A DNA stretch of 64,000 bases from Vulcanimicrobiota bacterium (GTDB lineage: Bacteria > Vulcanimicrobiota > Vulcanimicrobiia > Vulcanimicrobiales > Vulcanimicrobiaceae): assembly GCA_963782065.1 (NCBI GenBank), contig CAWAIE010000003.1, forward strand, positions 558,667 through 622,666. The letters are read 5' to 3'. The notes beneath the pieces were generated by a model. The model was given only the letters and a program-made list of their open reading frames with translations, was not told the DNA's origin and made no database searches. Positions 31,967 to 40,600 of this stretch are shown piece by piece. Every line of letters begins with the position of its first letter. Position 1 is the stretch's first letter. The translations under genes and the position numbers were made by a program.

Positions 31967-33498
31967 GCAGGCTCCTTCGCCTCCGCGCGGAGGTCTTCTT
32001 CGATGGCGGCAGCGGCGCGCTTTCCAGGGAATCCGCTGACGCACCCGCCCGGATGCGCTCCCGAGCCGCACAGGTAGAGATTGCGGACCGGCGTGCGAGT
32101 TGCGAAGCGTCGCTCGTAGATTTGGCCGGGCAGCAGTTCGCCGTGAAAGATATGCCCTCCGATCAGCCCGAAGCGCGTCTCGAGATCCGGCGGTGCGAGC
32201 ACGAGCCGGTGCTCGATCGCGTTGGAAAGGTTCGGCGCGAGCCTGCCGAGGATCGCAACGATCCCGTCGGCTGCCGCCTCGCGCTTGGTGTGCGACCAGC
32301 CGCCGGGACGATCGTACGGGTAGTATTGCGCGAAGACCGAGAGGATGTGCTTGCCGGGCGGCGCCAGCGACGGATCGGTCGGCGTTTGGAGAAAGCACTC
32401 GATGAGCGGCGCCTCGCTCGCGCCGCCGCTCGCGCCATCCTCGTAGGCCTTCTGCAGGTAATCCACCGACGGCGCGACGTGGATCGTCGCGCGGTGGTGC
32501 GGCTGCGGCCGCGTTCCGGGTCGCGCGTTGAAGCTCGGCAGTTCGCCGAGCGCCAGATTGAGTTTCAGCGACGGGCCGACGCTCTTCCAGCGTTTCACGC
32601 GTTCGGCGAACTCCGCCGGCAGCGTGCCGGCGTCGAGCAACTCGAGAAAGGTCGTACGCGGATGCGCGTTGCACGCGATCGCGCATCCCGAAATCTCGCG
32701 CCCGTCGCTCAGAAGGACCGCCACCGCGCGATCGTCGTAGGTGACGATGCGTTCGACACCGGCGCCTGCGAAGATGTGCGCGCCGTGTGCGCGCGCCGCG
32801 TCGGCGAGCGCTTGAGACACGGCGCCCATACCGCCGCGCACGAACGCCCACGCTCCTTGAATGCCGAGCACGCGCCCCGCCAAGTGATGCGCGAGCACGT
32901 ATCCCGTGCCGGCGTCGCGCGGGCCGAGATTGGTTCCGATGAGTCCGTCGTTGACGAGTTCCGCCGCCAACACCGGCGTGCGCACGTATCGTTCGACGAG
33001 GTCGGCTGCCGATCCGAGCAACAGTGCCTGCGTGTCGGCGTCGAAGCGCTCGAAACGCGGATCGGGATCCGAGAACGAATCGAAGAGCGCCCGTCCCGCG
33101 CGCTCGACGCGCTCGCCGTAAGCTTCGAAGCCGGCGACGTCGGCGGGATCGAATGCGGCGATCTCGCGAGCGTTGGCAACGGCGTCGCTGCCGAGCAGCA
33201 GCGAACGTCCGTCGTCGAGCGGCGTGAACGCGTAGGGATCCTTGCGATAGAAGTCTAGGCCGCGCGCGCGCAGATCGAGGTTTTCGACCAGCCACGGATC
33301 GAGCAGGCTGCACACGTACGACGCCGCCGACAGCGTGTAGCCCGGCCACACGCTCGTATCGTTGACCGCCGCACCGCCGATCTCGGAGCTTCGCTCGAAA
33401 ACCGCGACCGATCGGCCAGCCTTTGCGAGCAGCGCCGCGCACGCCAGTCCGTTGTGACCGGCACCGACGACGATTACATCGTACGAATAGGATTCCAC
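31963..33498 (-). CDS. Phytoene-desaturase-family NAD(P)/FAD-dependent oxidoreductase
   Basis: 511 aa with YDVIVVGAGHNGLACAALLAKAG and C-terminal NLYLCGSGAHPGGCVSG. Confidence 0.7.
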   Translation of the reverse strand: MESYSYDVIVVGAGHNGLACAALLAKAGRSVAVFERSSEIGGAAVNDTSVWPGYTLSAASYVCSLLDPWLVENLDLRARGLDFYRKDPYAFTPLDDGRSLLLGSDAVANAREIAAFDPADVAGFEAYGERVERAGRALFDSFSDPDPRFERFDADTQALLLGSAADLVERYVRTPVLAAELVNDGLIGTNLGPRDAGTGYVLAHHLAGRVLGIQGAWAFVRGGMGAVSQALADAARAHGAHIFAGAGVERIVTYDDRAVAVLLSDGREISGCAIACNAHPRTTFLELLDAGTLPAEFAERVKRWKSVGPSLKLNLALGELPSFNARPGTRPQPHHRATIHVAPSVDYLQKAYEDGASGGASEAPLIECFLQTPTDPSLAPPGKHILSVFAQYYPYDRPGGWSHTKREAAADGIVAILGRLAPNLSNAIEHRLVLAPPDLETRFGLIGGHIFHGELLPGQIYERRFATRTPVRNLYLCGSGAHPGGCVSGFPGKRAAAAIEEDLRAEAKEPA

Positions 33499-33523
33499 TC
33501 TCGCCCTATACTACTACGATAGC

Positions 33524-33709
33524 GTGGTTTCTTTGCGCATATTGCTTGCGGCCGTGCCGTTTGCGGCGCTGACGGTCGCGGTGCCGCTGGTCAATCGCGT
33601 CGAACCGCGGATTCTCGGTCTCCCGTTCGTCCTCGCGTGGATCGTCGCGTGGGTCTTTCTCACGCCGGCGTTCCTCTGGGGCGTGGGCCGCATCGAGCGC
33701 CGCTGGTGA
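33524..33709 (+). CDS. DUF3311 small membrane protein (second copy)
   Basis: 61 aa with NRVEPRILGLPFVLAWIVAW, parallel to 16492..16689. GTG start 25 nt from the divergent oxidoreductase start. Confidence 0.6.
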   Translation: MVSLRILLAAVPFAALTVAVPLVNRVEPRILGLPFVLAWIVAWVFLTPAFLWGVGRIERRW

Positions 33710-35139
33710 CGAGCGCGCCGGTCGTCGCACTGACGATCGTTGGGGGCGTGCTCTTCGGCACGATCGCATTTGCGCTGTTCGGCGTGCGGCGCATCGCGAT
33801 GGACCCCCAGCAGTTCATCGTCGGCGGGCGATCCTTCGGAACGCTCCTTCTCTGGGTGCTGCTCGCCGGCGAAATTTATACGAGTTTCACGTTCTTGGGC
33901 GCGTCGGGATGGGCGTACGGACTCGGCGCGCCGGCCTACTATATCCTTGCATATGGAAGTTGCGCGTACGTCATCGGCTACTTTCTTCTGCCGGCGATTT
34001 GGCGCGTCGGCAAAGAGCGTTCGCTGTTGACGTCGGCCGATTTTTTTGCCGACCGCTACGGCAGCCGGGCGTTGGGCGTTTTCGTGGGCGTCACGCAGTT
34101 CGCCGTCTTGGTACCCTACGTTGCGCTCCAGCTGAGCGGGCTCCAACTGTTGCTGCGCATCGCGGGCTACGGCCATTTCGACGCGACCGTTGCGGTCGGT
34201 GCGGCCTTCCTCGTCATCGCCCTGTTCGTCTTCTCGGCCGGCCTGCGAGGCACGGCGTGGGCGAGCATCGTGAAGGACATTCTGGTTTTGGGTGCGGTCG
34301 TTTTCGCCGGCGTGGTCATCCCGATTCAGTTCTTCGGCTCTCCGGCGCACGCGATCGACCGCGTATTACGCGCGTATCCGGGCCATCTCGTGCTGACGCC
34401 CGGAACCGGCGCGCACGGGACCGTTTGGTACGTCTCGACGGTCGTCCTTACCGCAGTGGGATTCTTTATGGCGCCGCACGGCATGAGCGCGATCTACAGC
34501 GCACGCTCCGAAGCGGTACTGCGGCGCAACGCCGCGCTGCTGCCCTTTTACCAGATCGTCATGCTCTTGGTGTTCTTCGCCGGGCTCGCCGCACTGCTGA
34601 TCGTCCCCGGCCTCAAGGGCACGGCAGTCGACGAATCGTTTCTGCTGGTCGTGCAGCGATACTATCCCGCGTGGGTGTTGGGCATCGTCGCGGCCGCCGG
34701 CTCGCTCGCCGCGCTGATCCCAGCCAGCGCGCAACTGCTCGGCGCCGCCAGCATCTTCTCCAAGAACGTACTGGGCGAGCTCGGAATCGCGACCAGCGAC
34801 CGCGCGCGCACCCTCGCCACGCGCGTGCTCGTCGTCGTCGTCGCGTTATTCGCACTAGGCTTCTGGCTCGACGAGCAACGGACGCTCGTCGAGCTGATCC
34901 TGATCTACTACAACGGGGTCGTGCAGTTTCTGCCCGGCGTCGTTGCGGCGTTCGCGTTCGCGCGCGCCTCGGCATGGAGCGTCGCGGCCGGAATCATCAC
35001 GGGATTCGGCCTCGTCATCCTGTTCACGCACGCGGGCACGCCGCTATGGGGCGTCAACCCGGGACTCGTGGCGCTAGCCGGAAACGTCGCGGTGACGCTT
35101 GCCGTGTCGCTTGTGTTTCCGAGGCGCTCCGCTAACTGA
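33706..35139 (+). CDS. Sodium:solute symporter family transporter (second copy)
   Basis: Start set to GTG 33706 (GTGA overlap with the DUF3311 stop). QFIVGGRSFGTLLLWVLLAGEIYTSFTF parallels 16682..18184. Confidence 0.7.
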   Translation: MTSAPVVALTIVGGVLFGTIAFALFGVRRIAMDPQQFIVGGRSFGTLLLWVLLAGEIYTSFTFLGASGWAYGLGAPAYYILAYGSCAYVIGYFLLPAIWRVGKERSLLTSADFFADRYGSRALGVFVGVTQFAVLVPYVALQLSGLQLLLRIAGYGHFDATVAVGAAFLVIALFVFSAGLRGTAWASIVKDILVLGAVVFAGVVIPIQFFGSPAHAIDRVLRAYPGHLVLTPGTGAHGTVWYVSTVVLTAVGFFMAPHGMSAIYSARSEAVLRRNAALLPFYQIVMLLVFFAGLAALLIVPGLKGTAVDESFLLVVQRYYPAWVLGIVAAAGSLAALIPASAQLLGAASIFSKNVLGELGIATSDRARTLATRVLVVVVALFALGFWLDEQRTLVELILIYYNGVVQFLPGVVAAFAFARASAWSVAAGIITGFGLVILFTHAGTPLWGVNPGLVALAGNVAVTLAVSLVFPRRSAN

Positions 35140-35452
35140 ACGACGGACGCGTCTGGAAACAGTCGCGGCAGTAGACCGGCTTGTCTCCGCGCGGGTTGAA
35201 CGGCACCTCGGCCACCCCCCCGCACTGGCTGCAAGTCGCGGTGAACATCTCGCGGGGGCGGCCGCCGCCCATCCGGTCGCCGCCGCCGCCGCCCGGACTA
35301 CTGGCACGCATCGCTTTGCGCGCCTGGCGGCAGTCCGGACAGCGATTCGGTTTGTTCTGGAAGCCCTTTTGCTCGTAAAAGCGTTGCTCGCCCGAGCTAA
35401 AAATGAACTCACGCCCACAATCGACGCACGTGAGCGTTTCATCGACATACAC
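35132..35452 (-). CDS. Double zinc-ribbon protein (zf-trcl-like CxxC…CxxC plus CxxC-x17-CxxC domain)
   Basis: GTG start rc 35450-35452 with AAGGAG 9 nt upstream. TCVDCGREFIFSSGEQRFYEQKGFQNKPNRCPDCR, then CSQC-x17-CRDC, with a Gly-rich linker between them. Confidence 0.65.
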   Translation of the reverse strand: MYVDETLTCVDCGREFIFSSGEQRFYEQKGFQNKPNRCPDCRQARKAMRASSPGGGGGDRMGGGRPREMFTATCSQCGGVAEVPFNPRGDKPVYCRDCFQTRPSFS

Positions 35453-35684
35453 GAATTGAAAACTCCTTCTGCTTGGTACGTTCGAGATTGTGCCCCAACT
35501 GGAAGCCCCACCCGAAGATAAAGGCTCCAAACCTGACCTGCCAAGACAGCCGAGTCGAAATGAGATAAAGAATGACAAGAACGACGACCAGCGAGATCAG
35601 AGCGCCGCGCGGATCGAGCGCGGCGTAAGGAATGAGGACGGCGACGGCGGCCGCAGCCGCAAGATCGAACGGGCCTGCGCGCAT
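35439..35684 (-). CDS. Possible small 2-3 TM membrane protein
   Basis: C-terminal 81 codons of track ORF 35439..35996: MRAGPFDLAAAAAVAVLIPYAAL…ALISLVVVLVILYLIS…FGAFIFGWGF. Start uncertain. The end overlaps the zinc-ribbon RBS/start. Confidence 0.3.
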   Translation of the reverse strand: MRAGPFDLAAAAAVAVLIPYAALDPRGALISLVVVLVILYLISTRLSWQVRFGAFIFGWGFQLGHNLERTKQKEFSIRVCR

Positions 35685-35880
35685 AAGGCACCGGCCCAGA
35701 ATCCCCACGACGATTGACGGAATCTCTACGGCGTGACGGGCGCGGTTGCACCGCTTCGCGTGGTACGCATGCTCCCCAAGGAGAACGACTATATCCATTG
35801 CCATCAACCCCGAAATCGTCTGCCCGCTTCTGCGACCTTGCGGCGACGAGTCCTGCCGGGTTGCCGCTGCTGCGGCGCGA

Positions 35881-37071
35881 ATGGCGCGGATCATGAGCGT
35901 CCTCATTACCGTCCCGCGCGAGCTTGCCGACGACGTCGTCGCCGTCCGCCGCGACCTGCACATGCACCCCGAGATCGCGTTTGCCGAGCATCGCACGGCC
36001 GCGCTGGTGGCGCGGAGGCTGCGCGATCTGGGCTACGAGGTGCACGAAGGGATCGGTAAAACCGGCGTCGTCGGCGTTCTTGCCGGAACGCGCCCGGGCC
36101 GGACGATCATGCTTCGCGCCGACATGGACGCGCTTCCCATTACCGAGGAGACCGAGCGCGAATACCGCTCCCGTTCCGAAGGCCGGATGCACGCGTGCGG
36201 GCACGACGGCCACGTCGCCATTCTCCTCGGCGCCGCGGCGCTGATCGCCGCGCGTCGCGAAGAGTTGGCGGGCCGCATTTGCGTCGTCTTCCAACCGGCC
36301 GAAGAGGGAGCCGGCGGCGCCAAGGTGATGCTCGACGACGGATTGTTCGAGCGCTTTCCCATCGAGCGGGCCTACGGACTCCATCTGTCGTCGAAGTATC
36401 CGACGGGCACGCTCGGATTTCGCGAAGGACCGATGTATGCGTCGAGCGATTCGATCGAGATTGAAATCCGCGGCGTCGGAGGACACGGTTCGGCGCCGCA
36501 CGATGCCGTCGATCCGATCTACACGGCGGCAAGTTTCGTCACGTCGCTCCAGCAGGTCGTCTCGCGCCAAATCGATCCATTGGAGCCCGCGGTCGTAACG
36601 ATTGGTGCCATCAGCGGCGGCACGATCCACAACGTCATCCCGCGTACTTGCCGGATGCTGGGGACCGTTCGCGCCTTTTCCGAAGACGTACGGGCCGCGA
36701 TGGCCGAGCGCATCGAGCGCGTGCTGCGCGCCTGCTGCGATGCCTCCGGCGCCACCTACGATTTCACCTATTTCGATCGCTATCCGGTGACGGCAAACGA
36801 TCCCGAGCAGACGCGCTACGCGCGCGAATTGGCGCGCACGACGTTCGGCGACGAACCGGTCATCGACGCGGCCATGCTCATGGGCGCTGAGGATTTCTCC
36901 TTCTACGCCAAGCGCGTCCCGGCGTGTTTCTTTACGCTCGGCTGCAGCGGCGGTCCGCAGACGAGTCATCCGCATCACTCCAGCCTCTTCGACCTCGACG
37001 AAGCCGCGCTGCCGGCGGGCGTCGCGATGATGACGGCGCTCGCACTCGACGCGCCGCGTCACGCGCCGTAG
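35881..37071 (+). CDS. M20 family amidohydrolase (N-acyl-amino-acid/hippurate hydrolase type)
   Basis: Start at ATG 35881 (MARIMSV…). HMHPEIAFAEHRTA, MHACGHDGH, FQPAEEGAGGA. Confidence 0.8.
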   Translation: MARIMSVLITVPRELADDVVAVRRDLHMHPEIAFAEHRTAALVARRLRDLGYEVHEGIGKTGVVGVLAGTRPGRTIMLRADMDALPITEETEREYRSRSEGRMHACGHDGHVAILLGAAALIAARREELAGRICVVFQPAEEGAGGAKVMLDDGLFERFPIERAYGLHLSSKYPTGTLGFREGPMYASSDSIEIEIRGVGGHGSAPHDAVDPIYTAASFVTSLQQVVSRQIDPLEPAVVTIGAISGGTIHNVIPRTCRMLGTVRAFSEDVRAAMAERIERVLRACCDASGATYDFTYFDRYPVTANDPEQTRYARELARTTFGDEPVIDAAMLMGAEDFSFYAKRVPACFFTLGCSGGPQTSHPHHSSLFDLDEAALPAGVAMMTALALDAPRHAP

Positions 37072-37081
37072 TGCGCCGGGG

Positions 37082-37600
37082 ATGAGCGTGCCCGTCATTC
37101 CCGGCGTCGTGAGTCCCGCGTCGCTGCGCGACTATCTCGAAGTGATGACGCGAGCGGTCTTTCAGGCGGGTGTGAGTTGGAAGCAAATCGCCGATCGCTG
37201 GGACGCCTATCGCGAGGCCTTCGTCGAGTTCGACCCCGACCGGGTCGCCGCATACGACGACGTCGACGTCGAGCGCGTTCTAGCGACGCCCGGAGTGCTG
37301 CGCACGCCGCGCAAGATTCGCGCGACGATCGCCAATGCACGCGCGCTGCTCGCCGTAGATCGCGAGTACGGCGGGGTAGACGCCTACCTGCGCAGTTTTG
37401 CTTCCTATCCCGAACTCGCCAAGGATTTCAAACGACGCTTTACGTTCATGGGCGACATGAACGTCTGGTACGTGCTCTTTCGCACCGGCAATCCCGTTCC
37501 GCGCTTCGAGCCGTGGGTGCAGAGCATCGCGGGCGAACACCCGCGCATGCGCGAGATGGTCGAACTCGCGCGCTCGAGCGGACGATCCCCCGAACGCTAG
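37082..37600 (+). CDS. DNA-3-methyladenine glycosylase I (Tag/Adenine_glyco) family protein, lacking the N-terminal Cys/His zinc motif
   Basis: 172 aa. AVFQAGVSWKQI…FDPDRVAAYDDVDVERVL…RKIRATIANARAL parallels the E. coli Tag core, but no CGW…YHDxEWG segment is present. Confidence 0.55.
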   Translation: MSVPVIPGVVSPASLRDYLEVMTRAVFQAGVSWKQIADRWDAYREAFVEFDPDRVAAYDDVDVERVLATPGVLRTPRKIRATIANARALLAVDREYGGVDAYLRSFASYPELAKDFKRRFTFMGDMNVWYVLFRTGNPVPRFEPWVQSIAGEHPRMREMVELARSSGRSPER

Positions 37601-37606
37601 CGCCAG

Positions 37607-40600
37607 TTAGGGTGAGGGTGACGGCCCGGCGCCCCCGCGACGCGCACCTGGGTTGGGACGCACGAGGTAGAGGCCGAGCGGCGCCGCGTAGTTCAGTTCG
37701 GGAACGGTCTTTGCGTCGAAGCCGCGCGCCTTAATGTCGTCGGCCGTCGCTCCGGCCACGCGTCCGCATTGCAAGAGCGCGGGAACGACGCTCGGGTCGG
37801 CCGGGTCGAGTTCGAACCACGTGCCCGCCGAGGCAACGTGCGGCGTGATCGTCCAATTCGGCGCAGCACTGCCCTTCGTAAAGTGATTTTGCAGTTCCGT
37901 GAGCGCTTGCGCCGCAATGCCGCGTGCGTCACCCGTGCAGAGCGCGTTCGTCGCATGCACTTCGAACGGCGTCTTCGGGGGCGTCGTGGGCAACTGGTAG
38001 ACGCGGAACGACTCCTGCCCGGCCTGCTGCTGCCGCGCGACGAAATAGAGTCCGACCGACGGCATGAAGGTTAGCTGCGACACGAAGAAGAGCGTGGTCG
38101 CGGGCGCATAGAGATGGTGCGCGGTCACGTCGTCGCCGCGCGCGACGTGCAGCGGCAAACAGCCTGCCACTGAACGCATCCCGCCCGAACCTTTGACGAC
38201 GATCGTGAGCGCGTAAGTCGTGCCGAGGCCGTGATAGGTGGCGGCGGCGTCGGCAAACGCCGGCGCGGGCATCGACGCCGGATACCCTGCGGCAGTCTTG
38301 GCGGCTTCGACGCGTGCGACGTACGCCTTGAGTTCCGCGGAAAGCGTTTGCGCCTTGGCCATCGCGTCGGCGCTGCAGCGTTGCGCGTCGGTGCTGACGG
38401 CAAACGGATCGGCCGGTGGCGACGTCGGCAGCGGCGCAAAGAATCCGCGCCCCCCGTTCCCGCCTCCGCCGCCTCCGGGACCGCCCGGAGGACCGCCGGC
38501 GCCGCGAGCGCCGCGCGGCAGATTGAAAGCACTACCGGTTTGCGACGACGCGACGCCCTGTCCGAACTTGATGCCGTAGGTCACCGAGTACGAACGCGGC
38601 GTCAGCGGTCGAGCGATCGTCGGAATCGTTTCTCCGTAGAGCGTTTGATAGGCAACCGCGTTAGCCGGGCTCGCGAAAATGCCGCCGTAGGTATTCGTGA
38701 TATTACTGGCGGCAAAGGTGAGCGTTCCGCGGTTGAGCGCCGCCGTTACGCCGGCGTCGAAAGTCGTGTATGCGGGCAGGTTGTTCGGGTTGTTGCGCGC
38801 GGTGTACTGAGCGTCGGCGAGCCACTCGAGCGCCGAATGCGGCGCCTTGTAGTCGAAGACGATTCCGGCACGCTGGAGCGGCTGATTCGGCAACTGCTGG
38901 CCGGAAATCGTAATCGAGTACGGATTGAAAAAGAACGGCGAGTTGGAATACGCGGTGGAGACGGTGACGTTATAGTACGGCTGCACGACGAGGTCGCCGA
39001 AGGTGGCGTAGCCCGTCAACTCGGCTCCTTGGTAGACGCGCTTGACTCCGGAGATCGGCGTCGAAAAATACAATTGCTGCGGACCGAACGCGGTTCCGGA
39101 CTTGAGGTTGCAGCCGGCGGGTGAATCGTACAACTGCTCGACCTGTTCGAAGTACCCCGGCGGGAACAAGCCTTCGCCCAGCAGCGCCGAGCCGTTGACT
39201 AGAACCGGCAGCAGCACACCGGCTTGGATTTGCCGGTAGAGTTGCAGCGAAACGTTGCCGCCGTGCAGCGCGTGCGTGTAGCCGGCACGATACGAGATCG
39301 AGGAACTCGGGCCGGGCTCGTCGCCGGGTGCGCTGCCGTACGCCGTATCCTGCTGCGGATTTCCGGTGCACGTGAAGCGCAGCGACGCCGGATCGCTAAG
39401 GATGTTGATGCGCCCCGGGCTGCCCGCGACGCCGCCGACCGCGTACGACGCGCTGTAGGTGTCGAACGACGTCGGACGCCAGGTCGCCGCAAGACTCCCC
39501 AACGCGGTCACGCCGTCGGATCCCGTCGCGGCGCTCAGACCCGCCGACGCGGCCAGGGTCAATTTGTCGCTGGAATGCATCGTATCGGTCAGCGTCAGCG
39601 CGCCGTAATCGCTCGTGACGCTGCCGTTGTAGTACGGCGCGGACTGCGGAACCAGCGGAGTGGTCACGTTTTGCGACGACGTCCCGTAGGCTTGGAGCGA
39701 GATCGTGTGGCGCTGCTTGGCCGGCAACGTCGCGTTGACGACGAAGCCGCTCGTCTTCGTCAGCGTGTTGAAGCCGTTGGGATCGCTGGACGGCTCGGGC
39801 AACGGACCGGTCGAAACGTCGATGAAGCGATTGAGCTGGTCGAGATCGTTGGTCGACGTGCTCGAGTAGAGCGACGCCTGGAGTTGTGTCGCGCCGAGCA
39901 GGGCGTTGTCGGTCAGCGAGTAGAGCTGAACGCTGCCGTTGTTCCAGTTGTCGGGGCCGTAGCCGCAGGGCAAAGCCGGGGGCGCCCCCTGCCGGAGGCA
40001 AACGATCTCCGTGTTGCGCGCTGAGTTGAGAAACATGCCGGTCAATGCCTGCGAATCACCTAGCTCGTACCGCAGTTTCAGCAGATTCCCCGAGTAATCG
40101 CTGTCGCCGTCGTGGTCGTAGGCCAACCCGCTCGCATCGAGGTAGTACTGGCCGTCGACGAGGCTCGGCGCCAATCGATAAACGGTTTGAGCCGCAATCC
40201 CCAGTTTGCCGAGCGATCCCGTCTCTGCCAGGGAGTAGTTGTATTTGCCGTAGGTCCCGAGCGACATCGACAGCTGAGAGTTCCAGCTTAAGGTCGGCTC
40301 CAGCGTCGTGAAGTTTACCGATCCGCCGAGGCCTCCGATCTGCGCGCCCGTGCGCACCGACGCGCCCTGGAAGAGATCGCTGGCGAAGCCGCGCAGGTTC
40401 CCGGCGGTTCCGGGCGCGTTGAGCGGAATGCCGTCGAGCGTCAGCGCGGTTTGGCTCGCATCGTGGCCTTCGAGCGAGATCGTTTGGGTCGCGTCGCTGT
40501 CGTCGCTGCTCGTCGTGACGCTCACGCCGGAGAGCTTGTTGAGCGCTCCGGCGAGATCGTCGGAGAGCCGTCGCTGCGGAGAGTTTTGATCGATGCTCGT

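Noticed and set aside
38440-38520. GC-rich low-complexity DNA (CCGCCTCCGCCGCCTCCGGGACCGCCCGGAGGACC…) as a non-coding repeat or a gene boundary within the TBDR.
   Set aside because: It stays in frame and encodes a Gly/Pro linker, and no start codon or RBS follows it. I treat it as a coding linker but flag it as a place to check for sequencing indels.
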